Positions 17,675 to 26,820 of a DNA stretch of 64,000 bases are shown here, piece by piece; the first letter of the stretch is position 1, and each line of letters begins with the position of its first letter. Location of the stretch: IMG/VR virus record IMGVR_UViG_3300033141_002294, positions 4,482 to 68,481 of that record; one strand, 5' to 3'. A program made the translations under genes and the position numbers. This DNA is from a virus. Under the pieces are notes generated by a model. It worked only from the letters and a program-made list of their open reading frames with translations. It did not search any database and had not been told where the DNA came from.

Positions 17675-18279
17675 GGCGCGGCTCCCATGTACCGCGTGGC
17701 TACGTAGTAGACGCACTTGCGGTTGATGTCGGAGCAGATGAAACGCTTGCCGTGCTCCAATGCAGCGGCCGCGAGGTTGCCATAGCCGCAGTTAAAATCC
17801 AGGATCATGTCATGCCGCTGGCACACGTAGTGGACCACTATAGCCGGGGTCACCGCACCGAGAAGAGGGTGGAGGTTTGCGGCCAACGCATCTATCTCGG
17901 GCACATTGATAGCGGTGTTCCATACGCCCAATACGGCCGGATACCCACGGAGCTCGATGGGCCACGTTTCGGCAGGCTTCAGCGCTCTGACCATGTGCTT
18001 GCCTATCACCATGTACGTTGGGACCGCCAGGCGGACAATGACCCGCCGCATGGCCGCCAGGTAAGCCTTGTAGTCCCCGTCTTCAATACCTGCCCGGCTC
18101 CTGAACTTCCCGTACCCATCCCGCCAGGACGGTTCGGAGTAGATGGCATCCGCGTTCTCGAAATGGATATGGCCACCCCGGACAATATCATGCGCGAAAA
18201 CTACGCTGCCGCCAGCCTCGTAGCCCACCATCTCCGGCAACTCAAGCTCCGGCTTCAACGCCGAGTGGTAATCAGTCAT
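17671..18279 (-). CDS. atypical beta-class amino-methyltransferase
   Basis: AIYSEPSW in place of DPPY/W; SAM motif ILDFNCGYG; KRFICSDIN. Confidence 0.7.
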   Translation of the reverse strand: MTDYHSALKPELELPEMVGYEAGGSVVFAHDIVRGGHIHFENADAIYSEPSWRDGYGKFRSRAGIEDGDYKAYLAAMRRVIVRLAVPTYMVIGKHMVRALKPAETWPIELRGYPAVLGVWNTAINVPEIDALAANLHPLLGAVTPAIVVHYVCQRHDMILDFNCGYGNLAAAALEHGKRFICSDINRKCVYYVATRYMGAAP

Positions 18280-18913
18280 GGTTCCACGCCCCCCCCTGTT
18301 TGGCGACCCTGTCAATTGTTACCGCCAGCCGCCGTTTGTTCAGTTCCGTGCCGACAAACCGCTTCCCCATCGCAAACGCCGAACATGCCGTCAGCCCCCG
18401 CCCCATGCATGGATCGGCAACACAGGTCCAGTCCTCGACCTGCATAGCCAGCCCCGGTGTTGCCCCGTCGTCGTCGCCGGTGAAATCGTAGCTCTGCGGC
18501 TCGTCGCCGCCTCTCAATAGCACCATCGGATGTTTGCGGTAGTAGGTGATGGGCCACTCCTGGACTACAGGATACAGTTGCTGTAGGAGGTTGTGGTACA
18601 GGTGGACGTTCTGCCTGCCAATCTCCAAGTAGCATACTCGCGGGTTTGTATATGACAGATAGCTCAGCAGGACCTGGACCATCTCCTCGAATGTGTGGCG
18701 TTCTTCCAACCCTGCCTTGGTGTAGAATGAGTTGATGTTCCCCGTATTCCAGGGCGTATCAGTGTAGACCATGTCCGCTTCATGCATGTAGCCGGGCATG
18801 GAGTGGAAGATGTCCACTACTGCCAGCGTACTCCCGGTCTTCTGCTCCGTCCACACCTGCCCCGGCTCTATCGGGTAGCGTTCCCAACTGTCGCCATACG
18901 CCCAGCGGGTCAT
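18272..18913 (-). CDS. beta-class amino-methyltransferase
   Basis: ADMVYTDTPW (motif IV variant), VADPCMGRG, KRFVGTELN. Confidence 0.8.
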   Translation of the reverse strand: MTRWAYGDSWERYPIEPGQVWTEQKTGSTLAVVDIFHSMPGYMHEADMVYTDTPWNTGNINSFYTKAGLEERHTFEEMVQVLLSYLSYTNPRVCYLEIGRQNVHLYHNLLQQLYPVVQEWPITYYRKHPMVLLRGGDEPQSYDFTGDDDGATPGLAMQVEDWTCVADPCMGRGLTACSAFAMGKRFVGTELNKRRLAVTIDRVAKQGGAWNHD

Positions 18914-19413
18914 TCGATTTCACCCCACGCCGCACTGTATTCTGAACCGGCCAGGAGCTTCGCCGCCCCGCTCATCTGCTTCAGTCGTAGGAGCTCTTCC
19001 ACGCTCATGCCCAAGTGTTCGGCGATCCGCTCGTCCTCCCAACCCTTTTCGTAGAGCGACCGGACCAACTCCGACATCAGGTCCACCTGGTGTTTGCCCC
19101 GTGCCCGGTTGTGTCTGATGGTCGCGGCCATTCTCTGTTTGATGTCCTTGGCAATGACAACCACCGGGATTTCAGAACACTTGAAGTGGTTGACCAGCAG
19201 GGCGTAGCGATGGAACCCGTCAACCACAATGTACCTGCCCAGGTCCGGGTCATGGCAGACTACAATGGGTTGCGTGAGCCCGTCCTCTTCGATGCTCAGA
19301 CGAAGCAGTTCCATCTCCGGTGTCGCAACCTTGTTCGGGTTGTAGTCGTTCGCCTGGACCTTCTCGGCGGGAACCATCTGCACTTCGAGGCATGGGAATG
19401 TGATGTCAGGCAA
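18910..19413 (-). CDS. IbrB/YbdM-like ParB/Srx-domain protein
   Basis: ANDYNPNKVA, SIEEDGLTQPIV, IVVDGFHRY, ATIRHNRARGKH and a C-terminal HTH. Confidence 0.9.
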   Translation of the reverse strand: MPDITFPCLEVQMVPAEKVQANDYNPNKVATPEMELLRLSIEEDGLTQPIVVCHDPDLGRYIVVDGFHRYALLVNHFKCSEIPVVVIAKDIKQRMAATIRHNRARGKHQVDLMSELVRSLYEKGWEDERIAEHLGMSVEELLRLKQMSGAAKLLAGSEYSAAWGEIE

Positions 19414-20128
19414 AGTTCTTCACCTCCGGCACCCTGTTTGCCAACTGGCCATAGAGTTCCGGGTAGTACCGCTTCAGCCAGACGTACCTGCCGTACTCCC
19501 GGTTGGTCTCCCCGGCCCAGTAGCTCACTCGTAGTTCCTCCCGTGGGGCGATTGCCGTCTTATCATAGGCGGGGTGGTAGGGAATTCGGTGATGGTCGAT
19601 GTATACCCATACGTCCGCCTGCCTCCACCAGAGCATCGGCCACCCCTCCCACATCCCGTATTGCCTGGCCCAAAACAGGCTACCGTAGTGTGCCCCGCCC
19701 AGCCGCCTCCCCCGACTCTCTTCCGCCCGAATGCCGATTAGTCCTCCGTCATAGCCCTCGGCCACCAGTTGCCTCACCGGGTCATAGACTGTCGCCCTCA
19801 TCGTGCGCTCTTCAATGCGAGGGTCATCCAGGCCGTACTCGGCCAGCACGTCAAGAATGGGCCTGGTCCTGACCACTCGGAAGTTGATGTCCCACTCGGC
19901 CACCAGCCGCTGCATGTACTCCCATCCGTCCGGCAGGCAACTGTCGGCGTCGAGGTAGATGACCTCGATATCCGGCCTGATCTGGCGTGCAAACCACAAC
20001 ATCAATGTGCTGTCCTTCCCGCCCGACCATGCGAGGTATGGTCTCCGACACCGCGCCAGAAAGTCGCGGATCACCTGTTTTGTGGGTTCTCCCCGGACGC
20101 GCTCAATCCTCCTGGCTAGTGCGTCCAT
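19406..20128 (-). CDS. cysH: CysH-like PAPS-reductase family protein (type IV-B associated)
   Basis: AWSGGKDS PP-loop, GIRAEES..R, PMLWW..DVW.YI..IPYHPAYD; directly after csf3. Confidence 0.85.
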   Translation of the reverse strand: MDALARRIERVRGEPTKQVIRDFLARCRRPYLAWSGGKDSTLMLWFARQIRPDIEVIYLDADSCLPDGWEYMQRLVAEWDINFRVVRTRPILDVLAEYGLDDPRIEERTMRATVYDPVRQLVAEGYDGGLIGIRAEESRGRRLGGAHYGSLFWARQYGMWEGWPMLWWRQADVWVYIDHHRIPYHPAYDKTAIAPREELRVSYWAGETNREYGRYVWLKRYYPELYGQLANRVPEVKNFA

Positions 20129-20843
20129 GGAGTGCCTCCGCAGTCGGCAGGATGCATCGCGCCGCGTTCTCGGGATGCCAGTAGGGCGGCCTGATGCCCG
20201 CGATGTGTGGGCCGTCCGTCTGTGGGATGGCGCGCATCGGTTTGCCGGCGGAATCATGGCAAGACAGGTCCTCCGGCCAGGGTTCTACGCGCCATTCGGC
20301 AACCATCCCGTAGCCCATGCCGGTTTTCTTGCCTACCCCGATGATGGTATCCAGCAGGCTCCTGAGTTTGTCACCATTGCCCACGGCATACCATGTGAGT
20401 TCAGGCGTCACTAGGTACACTATCGGCATCCGGTACTCTTTGTAATACCCGCTGGAGGTTGGTACTCTGCCCCGGCGGCCGTCGAAGTCGACCCTCCTGG
20501 TAGCCTCGTCGACGTTGAATCGCTTATGCCAGTACGCTATGTGCTCTCCGTGCAACTCATACTGGGCGAATGAGCAGGCCCAGTACCATTCGCCGTCGGT
20601 CTCCCGGCGCTCCAGGGGCAGGGTGGGATGGAACAGGATGGCTCCCCCACACCGCCCCGCGGGGTTGTTGTAATACAGGTCCGGCCTGTGCCTGCGCATC
20701 CAGGCCGCGGCAATGATGCTGTCCAGGGGCAGGCGGCCATCGGTTGTGGCCACCTGCCCGGTCTCCAGGACTGCGGTAATCCTAAGCGGCTGCAATGCCC
20801 AGTACCTCGCGGATGGCGTCGGCATTCTTGTAGATGTATGCAT
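20103..20843 (-). CDS. csf3: type IV CRISPR Cas5-like protein Csf3
   Basis: PLRITAVL, LPLDSII, WYWACS, SGYYKEYRMP, WYAVG, Gly-rich loop GVGKKTGMGYG, MRAIP and GIRPPYWH. Confidence 0.88.
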   Translation of the reverse strand: MHTSTRMPTPSARYWALQPLRITAVLETGQVATTDGRLPLDSIIAAAWMRRHRPDLYYNNPAGRCGGAILFHPTLPLERRETDGEWYWACSFAQYELHGEHIAYWHKRFNVDEATRRVDFDGRRGRVPTSSGYYKEYRMPIVYLVTPELTWYAVGNGDKLRSLLDTIIGVGKKTGMGYGMVAEWRVEPWPEDLSCHDSAGKPMRAIPQTDGPHIAGIRPPYWHPENAARCILPTAEALHGRTSQED

Positions 20844-21705
20844 CGTAGTTGGTCAGAGCCGTTATCTTCGGCGGTTCCAGCGTAACCCAGCCCTCTCTTA
20901 AGGTGACCGATGCCTCCCTGCCTTCTCCGGTGCCCTCCGCCCAGTCCGCCTCCACAAGGCCGAATCCCAGACGGCTCATGCCCCCTATGTACGGTTGCCT
21001 GTTAAACTCGCGCAGACAGGACACAAACGCCCCGAGTTCCAACTGGGTCACGTCCACAAGGTCGATCCGCTGGTACAGCCTCGCGCCCGCACTCAGCACC
21101 TCAACGGTGTACCGCATCTGCTGGGGCCGGTCATCCTGCTGCGAGGGTTGTTCGCTCTGCACCTCGGCCAGATGCTCTCGCAGCAGTTCGCTCTTGGCGT
21201 CGTCGGTGCGCGTGAACGACCGTTCCTCCGTCCACTGGCCCCACGACGGGGCATTTGCATCCCTGTATCGTTCGGGCAATACTCTCTGCGCCTCGCGCAC
21301 CAGCGGCCACATGGCTCCAACCTTCATCTTGCCGCTCATAATCTGATTGCCGACACCACCGCCGAACAAGCTGAGCAGAGGCAGGGTCTCTCTGTACCGC
21401 CGGGCTTGGTCAACGTCGACTACATGTTTGCCGCCGATGGACCCGCCGGAAAACAGCAGGTAGAACATGTCTAAGGGCAGGCGGGGATTGCCCAGTCGCT
21501 CTAGGAGATACTTGGCTCCCAGGTCCCTCAACTGGCCACGGAATGCGTTACCCGAATAGCTGAAGCACTTCGCTGGACGGCCGTCTAGTCCGATAATCTC
21601 CGACTCCGACAGGTACGCCTCCGGGCCGGCAATCTCCCCGATATGGCTTAACGGTGACAACAGGGTAATGATTCCCTCCAGGCGGTAGTTCTGTGTCTTA
21701 TTCAT
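20782..21705 (-). CDS. csf2: type IV CRISPR Cas7-like backbone protein Csf2
   Basis: LSPLSHIG, SGNAFRGQLRD, LFSGGSI, PLLSLFGG, SFTRTDD, QQMRY.VE and Gly-rich loop IGGMSRLGFG. Confidence 0.92.
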   Translation of the reverse strand: MNKTQNYRLEGIITLLSPLSHIGEIAGPEAYLSESEIIGLDGRPAKCFSYSGNAFRGQLRDLGAKYLLERLGNPRLPLDMFYLLFSGGSIGGKHVVDVDQARRYRETLPLLSLFGGGVGNQIMSGKMKVGAMWPLVREAQRVLPERYRDANAPSWGQWTEERSFTRTDDAKSELLREHLAEVQSEQPSQQDDRPQQMRYTVEVLSAGARLYQRIDLVDVTQLELGAFVSCLREFNRQPYIGGMSRLGFGLVEADWAEGTGEGREASVTLREGWVTLEPPKITALTNYDAYIYKNADAIREVLGIAAA

Positions 21706-22174
21706 CCGATGCATCCTCCCCCTCTTTGTTGGCCAGTGGTTCTAGCGGTTTTTCGCGCTCCAGCCTGTCTCTCACCAGAGCAATCACGTAGCTGGTTTTG
21801 CCATACAGCGCTTTGGTGACGGCCTCGGCGTCTGCACGGTCGATGATGTTGACCCAGAACTCCCTGCGGTTCTCCTGCCCAGGGCCTACCAGTTCACCAG
21901 TTTCCGGGTTCTTGGCCAGCGTCACCGTCTCCAGTTCACCGGTGGTCATGAATCGCGGTTTGATATTCGAGCACTGGACCTTGGGCTTCAGCCGTTCAAT
22001 GAACTCCGGCAGATCGGCACTCCTCTTCGCGGCTGATTTGACCGCCCGCTCGATCCGGCCCCACATTTCGGGGTTAACCTTGAACCGCCTGGTATCCCTC
22101 GACCGATACACTCCGTACACCAGCAACGCACCAACCGCCGCCGCACCATCATTGGTCGCGAATCCATAAATCAT
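21698..22174 (-). CDS. type IV-B small subunit (Cas11-like)
   Basis: 158 aa helical protein directly upstream of csf2 with C-terminal VIALVRDRLERE; position matches the IV-B small subunit. Confidence 0.7.
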   Translation of the reverse strand: MIYGFATNDGAAAVGALLVYGVYRSRDTRRFKVNPEMWGRIERAVKSAAKRSADLPEFIERLKPKVQCSNIKPRFMTTGELETVTLAKNPETGELVGPGQENRREFWVNIIDRADAEAVTKALYGKTSYVIALVRDRLEREKPLEPLANKEGEDASDE

Positions 22175-22467
22175 CTGGCATACCCCCTCTTACACCGCTT
22201 GCCGTGCAACGCCGACTCTTCACCGAACACCGTTGGAATGCTGGGCCAGGCACCTTCACCCTCAACTACCGGGATGTAGACCGATCGACTTTCATACCAC
22301 CCCGCATATACCGGTCGCCCTTTGGTATCGACATCTACCGGAGTGCCCTGATCCTGCATCATGGCCTGTAGGGCTCTGATTGCCTCCGCCGCCGATACCT
22401 GAGCCACCCTCTCTTGAAACCTCTTGACAGCATGAGGCGTGACGAAATACGGCTGATCAAACTGCAT
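22171..22467 (-). CDS. small protein with HAxxRxxER motif (RelE/DUF4258-like BECR fold?)
   Basis: YFVTPHAVKRFQER; inserted between csf1 and cas11. Confidence 0.5.
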   Translation of the reverse strand: MQFDQPYFVTPHAVKRFQERVAQVSAAEAIRALQAMMQDQGTPVDVDTKGRPVYAGWYESRSVYIPVVEGEGAWPSIPTVFGEESALHGKRCKRGYAR

Positions 22468-23122
22468 TTGCCCGCGCCTCCAGTTTCCGGGCCAGCAGGA
22501 GCGCAAGGTCAAACCGACGCCGGGAGAGACGCAGTTCATCCAGCCGGGACGACAGAGCCTCGAATCGGTCTAGGCCCATACGCCTGATGCGCGCCGACTG
22601 ATACCGGCCCGTCCGAACCTCCATCTTGGAGAAGGTCGCCAGCGCCTGTTCAATCTGTTCCACGTCGACCCGTAACTGTTCCGGCCGAAACTGCGTCAGC
22701 GTCTCCTCGACAGCGATCCACGGCGCTTCGTTGCTGACGTTTACACGTGTTTTGAATACCAGATGTTTGTGCCCGCTTACGGCGATTGTCCCGACCCACG
22801 GTGGCTCGGGAGGGGACACCAGAATGTCGCGCCACTCTGTGCGCAATGGATGGCGCAACTCCGTCCGAGTGGCCAGCACAGAGCGGGTTCGAAATGGTTT
22901 ATGTTTGAGGCAGAACACGCAAGCCGCGCAGATAGACTGCCCTCCGCCACGGGCGAAATCCGGGTCGTTGAACGTATGGCTCACAACGTCTTTGACCAAA
23001 CGGCCCCAGCCGTGTGTCGGCCCCGCGCACAGCCAGCAATGGGCATCCGGCACCTCGGCGACGGAAATGTCATCATACCCGCTCACCATCGCCGCCTGAT
23101 AGACCAGTGCTGTGGGCATCAT
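22457..23122 (-). CDS. csf1: type IV CRISPR large subunit Csf1 (Cas8-like)
   Basis: CWLC..TFND..ICAAC Zn finger, PPEPPW and SGHKHL.FK..VN motifs. Confidence 0.85.
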   Translation of the reverse strand: MMPTALVYQAAMVSGYDDISVAEVPDAHCWLCAGPTHGWGRLVKDVVSHTFNDPDFARGGGQSICAACVFCLKHKPFRTRSVLATRTELRHPLRTEWRDILVSPPEPPWVGTIAVSGHKHLVFKTRVNVSNEAPWIAVEETLTQFRPEQLRVDVEQIEQALATFSKMEVRTGRYQSARIRRMGLDRFEALSSRLDELRLSRRRFDLALLLARKLEARANAV

Positions 23123-23337
23123 GGTGTTAGCCTCTTACTCCGTCCGTGTTCCCATATAGCGGTGATGCCTGTTACCAGCCAGCCAAGTCCTCCAGCTATG
23201 CCCAGCACATAATAACCTAGCGGGATTGAAACCCAAAGGTTTTCAGACAACGCTCCCAGTGACGCCCCAGTAATTAGGGACCCAGAAACAATGAGTATTA
23301 CTATGGGCCATGCCCGGCGATACTCATCAACAGTCAC
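23119..23337 (-). CDS. small membrane protein
   Basis: 72 aa with two hydrophobic helices. Confidence 0.5.
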   Translation of the reverse strand: MTVDEYRRAWPIVILIVSGSLITGASLGALSENLWVSIPLGYYVLGIAGGLGWLVTGITAIWEHGRSKRLTP

Positions 23338-23720
23338 GCCGCTCCCTCCTTGCTCTTTGCCTCGTCGCCAACTATCTCCAATCTTGCCCTGCCAACCACG
23401 TAGACCGCATCCGCAGACAGGTCCAGAACTCCGTATACCTGCCGCATTATCTGCTGGCTCTTGTCGTCATCCTGGAGCAGCAACACCTCGAACAGCTGGC
23501 GTCTCTGCGTCCAGGGCAGCACCCTTACCCACTGCTGTTTGCCTTCTGCGTCCGCCAGGATGTACAGTACGATGCCCCTAAGCCGGGCGTTCGGTACGTC
23601 CGGTATCTCCCATTTGACGATATCCAGCAGATTAATCGGCTCAGGCCGGGACATCGCCGGGTCCCATGCTTCGCCGAGGATGCGATAGGCGACGCTAGGA
23701 CTGAACTTTCGGCGGCCCAT
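23334..23720 (-). CDS. hypothetical protein
   Basis: Probable start MGRRKF, coupled to rusA. Confidence 0.45.
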   Translation of the reverse strand: MGRRKFSPSVAYRILGEAWDPAMSRPEPINLLDIVKWEIPDVPNARLRGIVLYILADAEGKQQWVRVLPWTQRRQLFEVLLLQDDDKSQQIMRQVYGVLDLSADAVYVVGRARLEIVGDEAKSKEGAA

Positions 23721-24121
23721 CAGCCCGCCCACTCCAGCGGTGTAGGTTCGAGTTCGATTTCCATGCGCTCCTGTTTCCGGTCTGCGCAGGCGTAGATTCT
23801 CGTACCCGGCCCCAACCCAATTATCTGGCGGTCGTTCTTCAGTAGTCCGGCGGTTTGGCAGGCATCGCACGCCGCCTTCAGGTAGTTATCCAGGTCGCCA
23901 TGCTGCCCGGCGAATCCGGTTTCGGTCCGTGCATGGAGGTAGATTCGCACCGTGATTGTAGCGTAGCCCTCTATGGGTTCAAGTGCCTGCTTCAGCCGCC
24001 ACGCCATTTCTTCCCTGTACGCAAGGTACCGCTGTGCCTGCCTCCGTACAAACTTGCCCCGCTGAGTCATTCGTACTGCCGGTACGGGTCTACCGGGGAT
24101 TACTATCGTTGTTTTCGCCAT
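23720..24121 (-). CDS. rusA: RusA-family Holliday junction resolvase
   Basis: IPGRPVP..R, GDLDNYLKA..DA and NDRQI motifs. Confidence 0.9.
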   Translation of the reverse strand: MAKTTIVIPGRPVPAVRMTQRGKFVRRQAQRYLAYREEMAWRLKQALEPIEGYATITVRIYLHARTETGFAGQHGDLDNYLKAACDACQTAGLLKNDRQIIGLGPGTRIYACADRKQERMEIELEPTPLEWAG

Positions 24122-24283
24122 CGGCATCCTCCCCCTTCATCCTCCTGATTGTAACCTCCACCTGCGGGGCCTCGTCCGGCCCGGCGTACTGCTTCCACAC
24201 AACCAGCGAGACGTCGTTGACCCAGTACAGGCCCTCCTGGATCCTCACGTCAATGTTCGTGCGCTCTCTCAAGTCCTTGTCCA

Positions 24284-25345
24284 TCATGTCACCCCCGCGA
24301 ATATCCGTTGTTGTTGCGTCTCCCGCTCTATCCGTCGCCGGGCCATCTGCACATACTCTGGATTAATCTCAATGCCAATACTATCGCGCCCGTACTGCTC
24401 GGCTACCAGCAAGGTTGTCCCCGCCCCACAGAAGGGGTCCAGGACAACGCACCTTCCCGAACCGTCGTTGTCGGGACAGATGCAGGTCGGTGCCCACTGG
24501 TTGGTCGGAGCGGTGGTCGGCCGCCAGTCGGTGCTGTCTGTCTTGGTCTTGGTATTGTGCGGCACATGGGCCGGTTCGCGCCCATTGCGGTGCCCAGTGC
24601 GCTCGACGACCCGTGCCCACGGCGCGCCGCAGATGGGACACGCACGGGGCGACGTCCCGGCGAGGATGCAACGGCGGGGCAGCTCGCGGGGAAATGTGGC
24701 GAAATGGGCCTCGGGGAATGGTTCGGTAGGGATAATCCAGACCGAACGGGCGTTGCGGCCAGCCGGGTGTAGGTGGTTGCTGCCCTCGTGGAGATTGCCT
24801 GAACCAACCCTGGGGACACCTACCGGGAGTCCCCGATACTTGGTCCGCCCTGTCTGGTGACCGCCCTGTGGCCAACGCACAGACGACTCCGGTTGGTGGG
24901 GTTCGCGAATAGCATCCGGGTCGTAGTAGTATTGCGGTTGCTGGCTGAGCAAGAAGATATACTCATGCGCTCCGCTGGGCCTGTCTTTTGTGCTCTCGGG
25001 TAAGGCGTTGTTTTTGTACCAGACGATGTCCCTGCGCCAATACCAGCCATCGTCCTGCAGGGCCAGGGCCACACGCGACGGGATGCCTACCAACCGTTTC
25101 CGCCGGTAGGTATCCCCGAGGTTGACCCACGCCGTACCATCCGGCCGCAGCACCCGCCGCACCTCCCGGAACACTTCAACCATGCGGGATACGTACTCCT
25201 GTGGCGTTTCCTCCAGCCCAATCTGTCCCGCCACTCCGTAGTCCCGTAGCCACCAGTAGGGCGGGGAGGTAACCACGCAATGGACCGATGCATCCTCCAG
25301 TTGGGCCAGTCCGTCCATGACGTCGGCGGTGATTATGCGGTACAT
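24284..25345 (-). CDS. N4-cytosine/N6-adenine DNA methyltransferase
   Basis: VTSPPY, HFATFP, VLDPFCGAGTT and GIEINPEY motifs. Confidence 0.92.
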   Translation of the reverse strand: MYRIITADVMDGLAQLEDASVHCVVTSPPYWWLRDYGVAGQIGLEETPQEYVSRMVEVFREVRRVLRPDGTAWVNLGDTYRRKRLVGIPSRVALALQDDGWYWRRDIVWYKNNALPESTKDRPSGAHEYIFLLSQQPQYYYDPDAIREPHQPESSVRWPQGGHQTGRTKYRGLPVGVPRVGSGNLHEGSNHLHPAGRNARSVWIIPTEPFPEAHFATFPRELPRRCILAGTSPRACPICGAPWARVVERTGHRNGREPAHVPHNTKTKTDSTDWRPTTAPTNQWAPTCICPDNDGSGRCVVLDPFCGAGTTLLVAEQYGRDSIGIEINPEYVQMARRRIERETQQQRIFAGVT

Positions 25346-25364
25346 GTGGCCACCTCCCTGCTAT

Positions 25365-26030
25365 TTACTCGCCGCCCTGCGTGGCTGGGGTGAATCCACG
25401 GCAGCAGTTGGGCTCGGGTCTTTGCGTGCCGTCGCAATCGGGGCACAGTGGACCTCCGTTGGGCGCTATTAATGGATGACCGCACCAATCGGGATATAAC
25501 GCCTCGCCCGCAGGACCATACTGACAATCAACGCAGGGGCAATCACGCTGCGTCCGTTTATATGCCTCCCAGGCTCCCAACAGTTCGCGCAGGGCCTCCT
25601 CTTTGGTGCCGCCGTCGGCCATCAACCCCGGATAGTCAGGCACCTCGGCTAGCCAGCCGCCACCCTCGTCGGCGGTAAGTTCGCGGGTATCGACGCGGGC
25701 GAAATCCACCACATAGACCTCCGCGTCAGGGTCCCAACTGCCGTTAATGTCAATCCATGTACAGGCAAATTCGTGCATGCTGCCGACACCCTCGCGCCAG
25801 ACATCCTCCTCTCCGATGTCCCCCAACCTCTCCCTGCGTACATCGGTAATCAGAATGTGGCAAACGGGCGGGGAGAAGAAACTCGTCCGTACCTGATGCA
25901 CCGTGTTTGCTTTGACTCTCTGGTAAGGCATACCCTTTTTCGGCCCGGTCCTCCGCCGCCAGTCCCGGCGGGTTTGTGTTTTCACGCCAGCGAGTATCTG
26001 TTGCGCTAGGTATTCTTTAAACAGTATCAT
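25365..26030 (-). CDS. ASCH domain fused to HicB-like and Cys-rich segments
   Basis: ILAGVKTQTRR..ERLGDI..EG (ASCH), then GGWLAEVPDYPGLMADGGTKEEAL (HicB N-terminal), then CxxC clusters. Confidence 0.7.
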   Translation of the reverse strand: MILFKEYLAQQILAGVKTQTRRDWRRRTGPKKGMPYQRVKANTVHQVRTSFFSPPVCHILITDVRRERLGDIGEEDVWREGVGSMHEFACTWIDINGSWDPDAEVYVVDFARVDTRELTADEGGGWLAEVPDYPGLMADGGTKEEALRELLGAWEAYKRTQRDCPCVDCQYGPAGEALYPDWCGHPLIAPNGGPLCPDCDGTQRPEPNCCRGFTPATQGGE

Positions 26031-26434
26031 GTGGCGTCACCCTGTTTCGCAGCCTCTGCCCGGATCGCCTGGACGCACCCATCCAGGTAGCCGGCGAGGC
26101 GGATGAGATTGGGCCAGTGAGGACGTATGGCGAAATCGATACAGGTGGTTGGTTCCCAGGCGTCACCAAGCACGCGGCTGAGACACGAACGCATGCGCTT
26201 GTGCATATACTCGACAAACACCAGGGCCTCACTGGGAGTGATGCGTTCCGCGCGCCGAATTCTGGGTTCGGGAATGGAAACATGTCCTGTTCGTTCTTGC
26301 CACTCCTCGTAGCAGCTATCCGAACAGAAGTCGCGCGCCATCCCATGGATGTAGTCACCGCGCCAGCCACGGGGCCGGATCCCCTGTGCCGTCTTTCCGC
26401 ACATGTCGCATGTGATGATTGTTTGTGTAGCCAT
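26027..26434 (-). CDS. Zn-binding hypothetical protein
   Basis: CDMCG ... FCSDSC pattern. Confidence 0.5.
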   Translation of the reverse strand: MATQTIITCDMCGKTAQGIRPRGWRGDYIHGMARDFCSDSCYEEWQERTGHVSIPEPRIRRAERITPSEALVFVEYMHKRMRSCLSRVLGDAWEPTTCIDFAIRPHWPNLIRLAGYLDGCVQAIRAEAAKQGDAT

Positions 26435-26820
26435 CAGAACGGCAGCTCCTCATCGTTTTCCGCATCCACAAACTCCGGGTCCGGCCCCGAATCCTCGGTT
26501 TGTTTCTGTTGCCGCTCACTACTGCCGAGGAATTGCACCCGATGGGCGATAACCTCGGTCGTCGTCCGCCTGTTGCCGTCGTCGGTCTCCCACGGTCGTA
26601 CCTGGATTCGCCCTTCGATGGCAACCATGCGGCCCTTGCTCATATGATTGGCAACGGCCTCTGCCGTCGCGCGCCAGCAGACACAGCGGATGAAGTCCGC
26701 CTCGTTCTTCGCAATCCGGTCTACCGCCAGCGTAAACGTCGTTACCGAGATGTTGTTGGTTGTCTTTCTCAGTTCCGGGTCCGCCGTCAGCCTGCCGATG
26801 AGTACCACGCTGTTAAGCAT
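26434..26820 (-). CDS. ssb: single-stranded DNA-binding protein
   Basis: LNSVVLIGRLTADPELR OB-fold and acidic ELPF tail. Confidence 0.95.
   Translation of the reverse strand: MLNSVVLIGRLTADPELRKTTNNISVTTFTLAVDRIAKNEADFIRCVCWRATAEAVANHMSKGRMVAIEGRIQVRPWETDDGNRRTTTEVIAHRVQFLGSSERQQKQTEDSGPDPEFVDAENDEELPF

Noticed and set aside
19406-20128. cysH as a sulfate-assimilation auxiliary metabolic gene
   Set aside because: No other sulfur-assimilation genes are present, and its position directly after csf3 is the known type IV-B arrangement.
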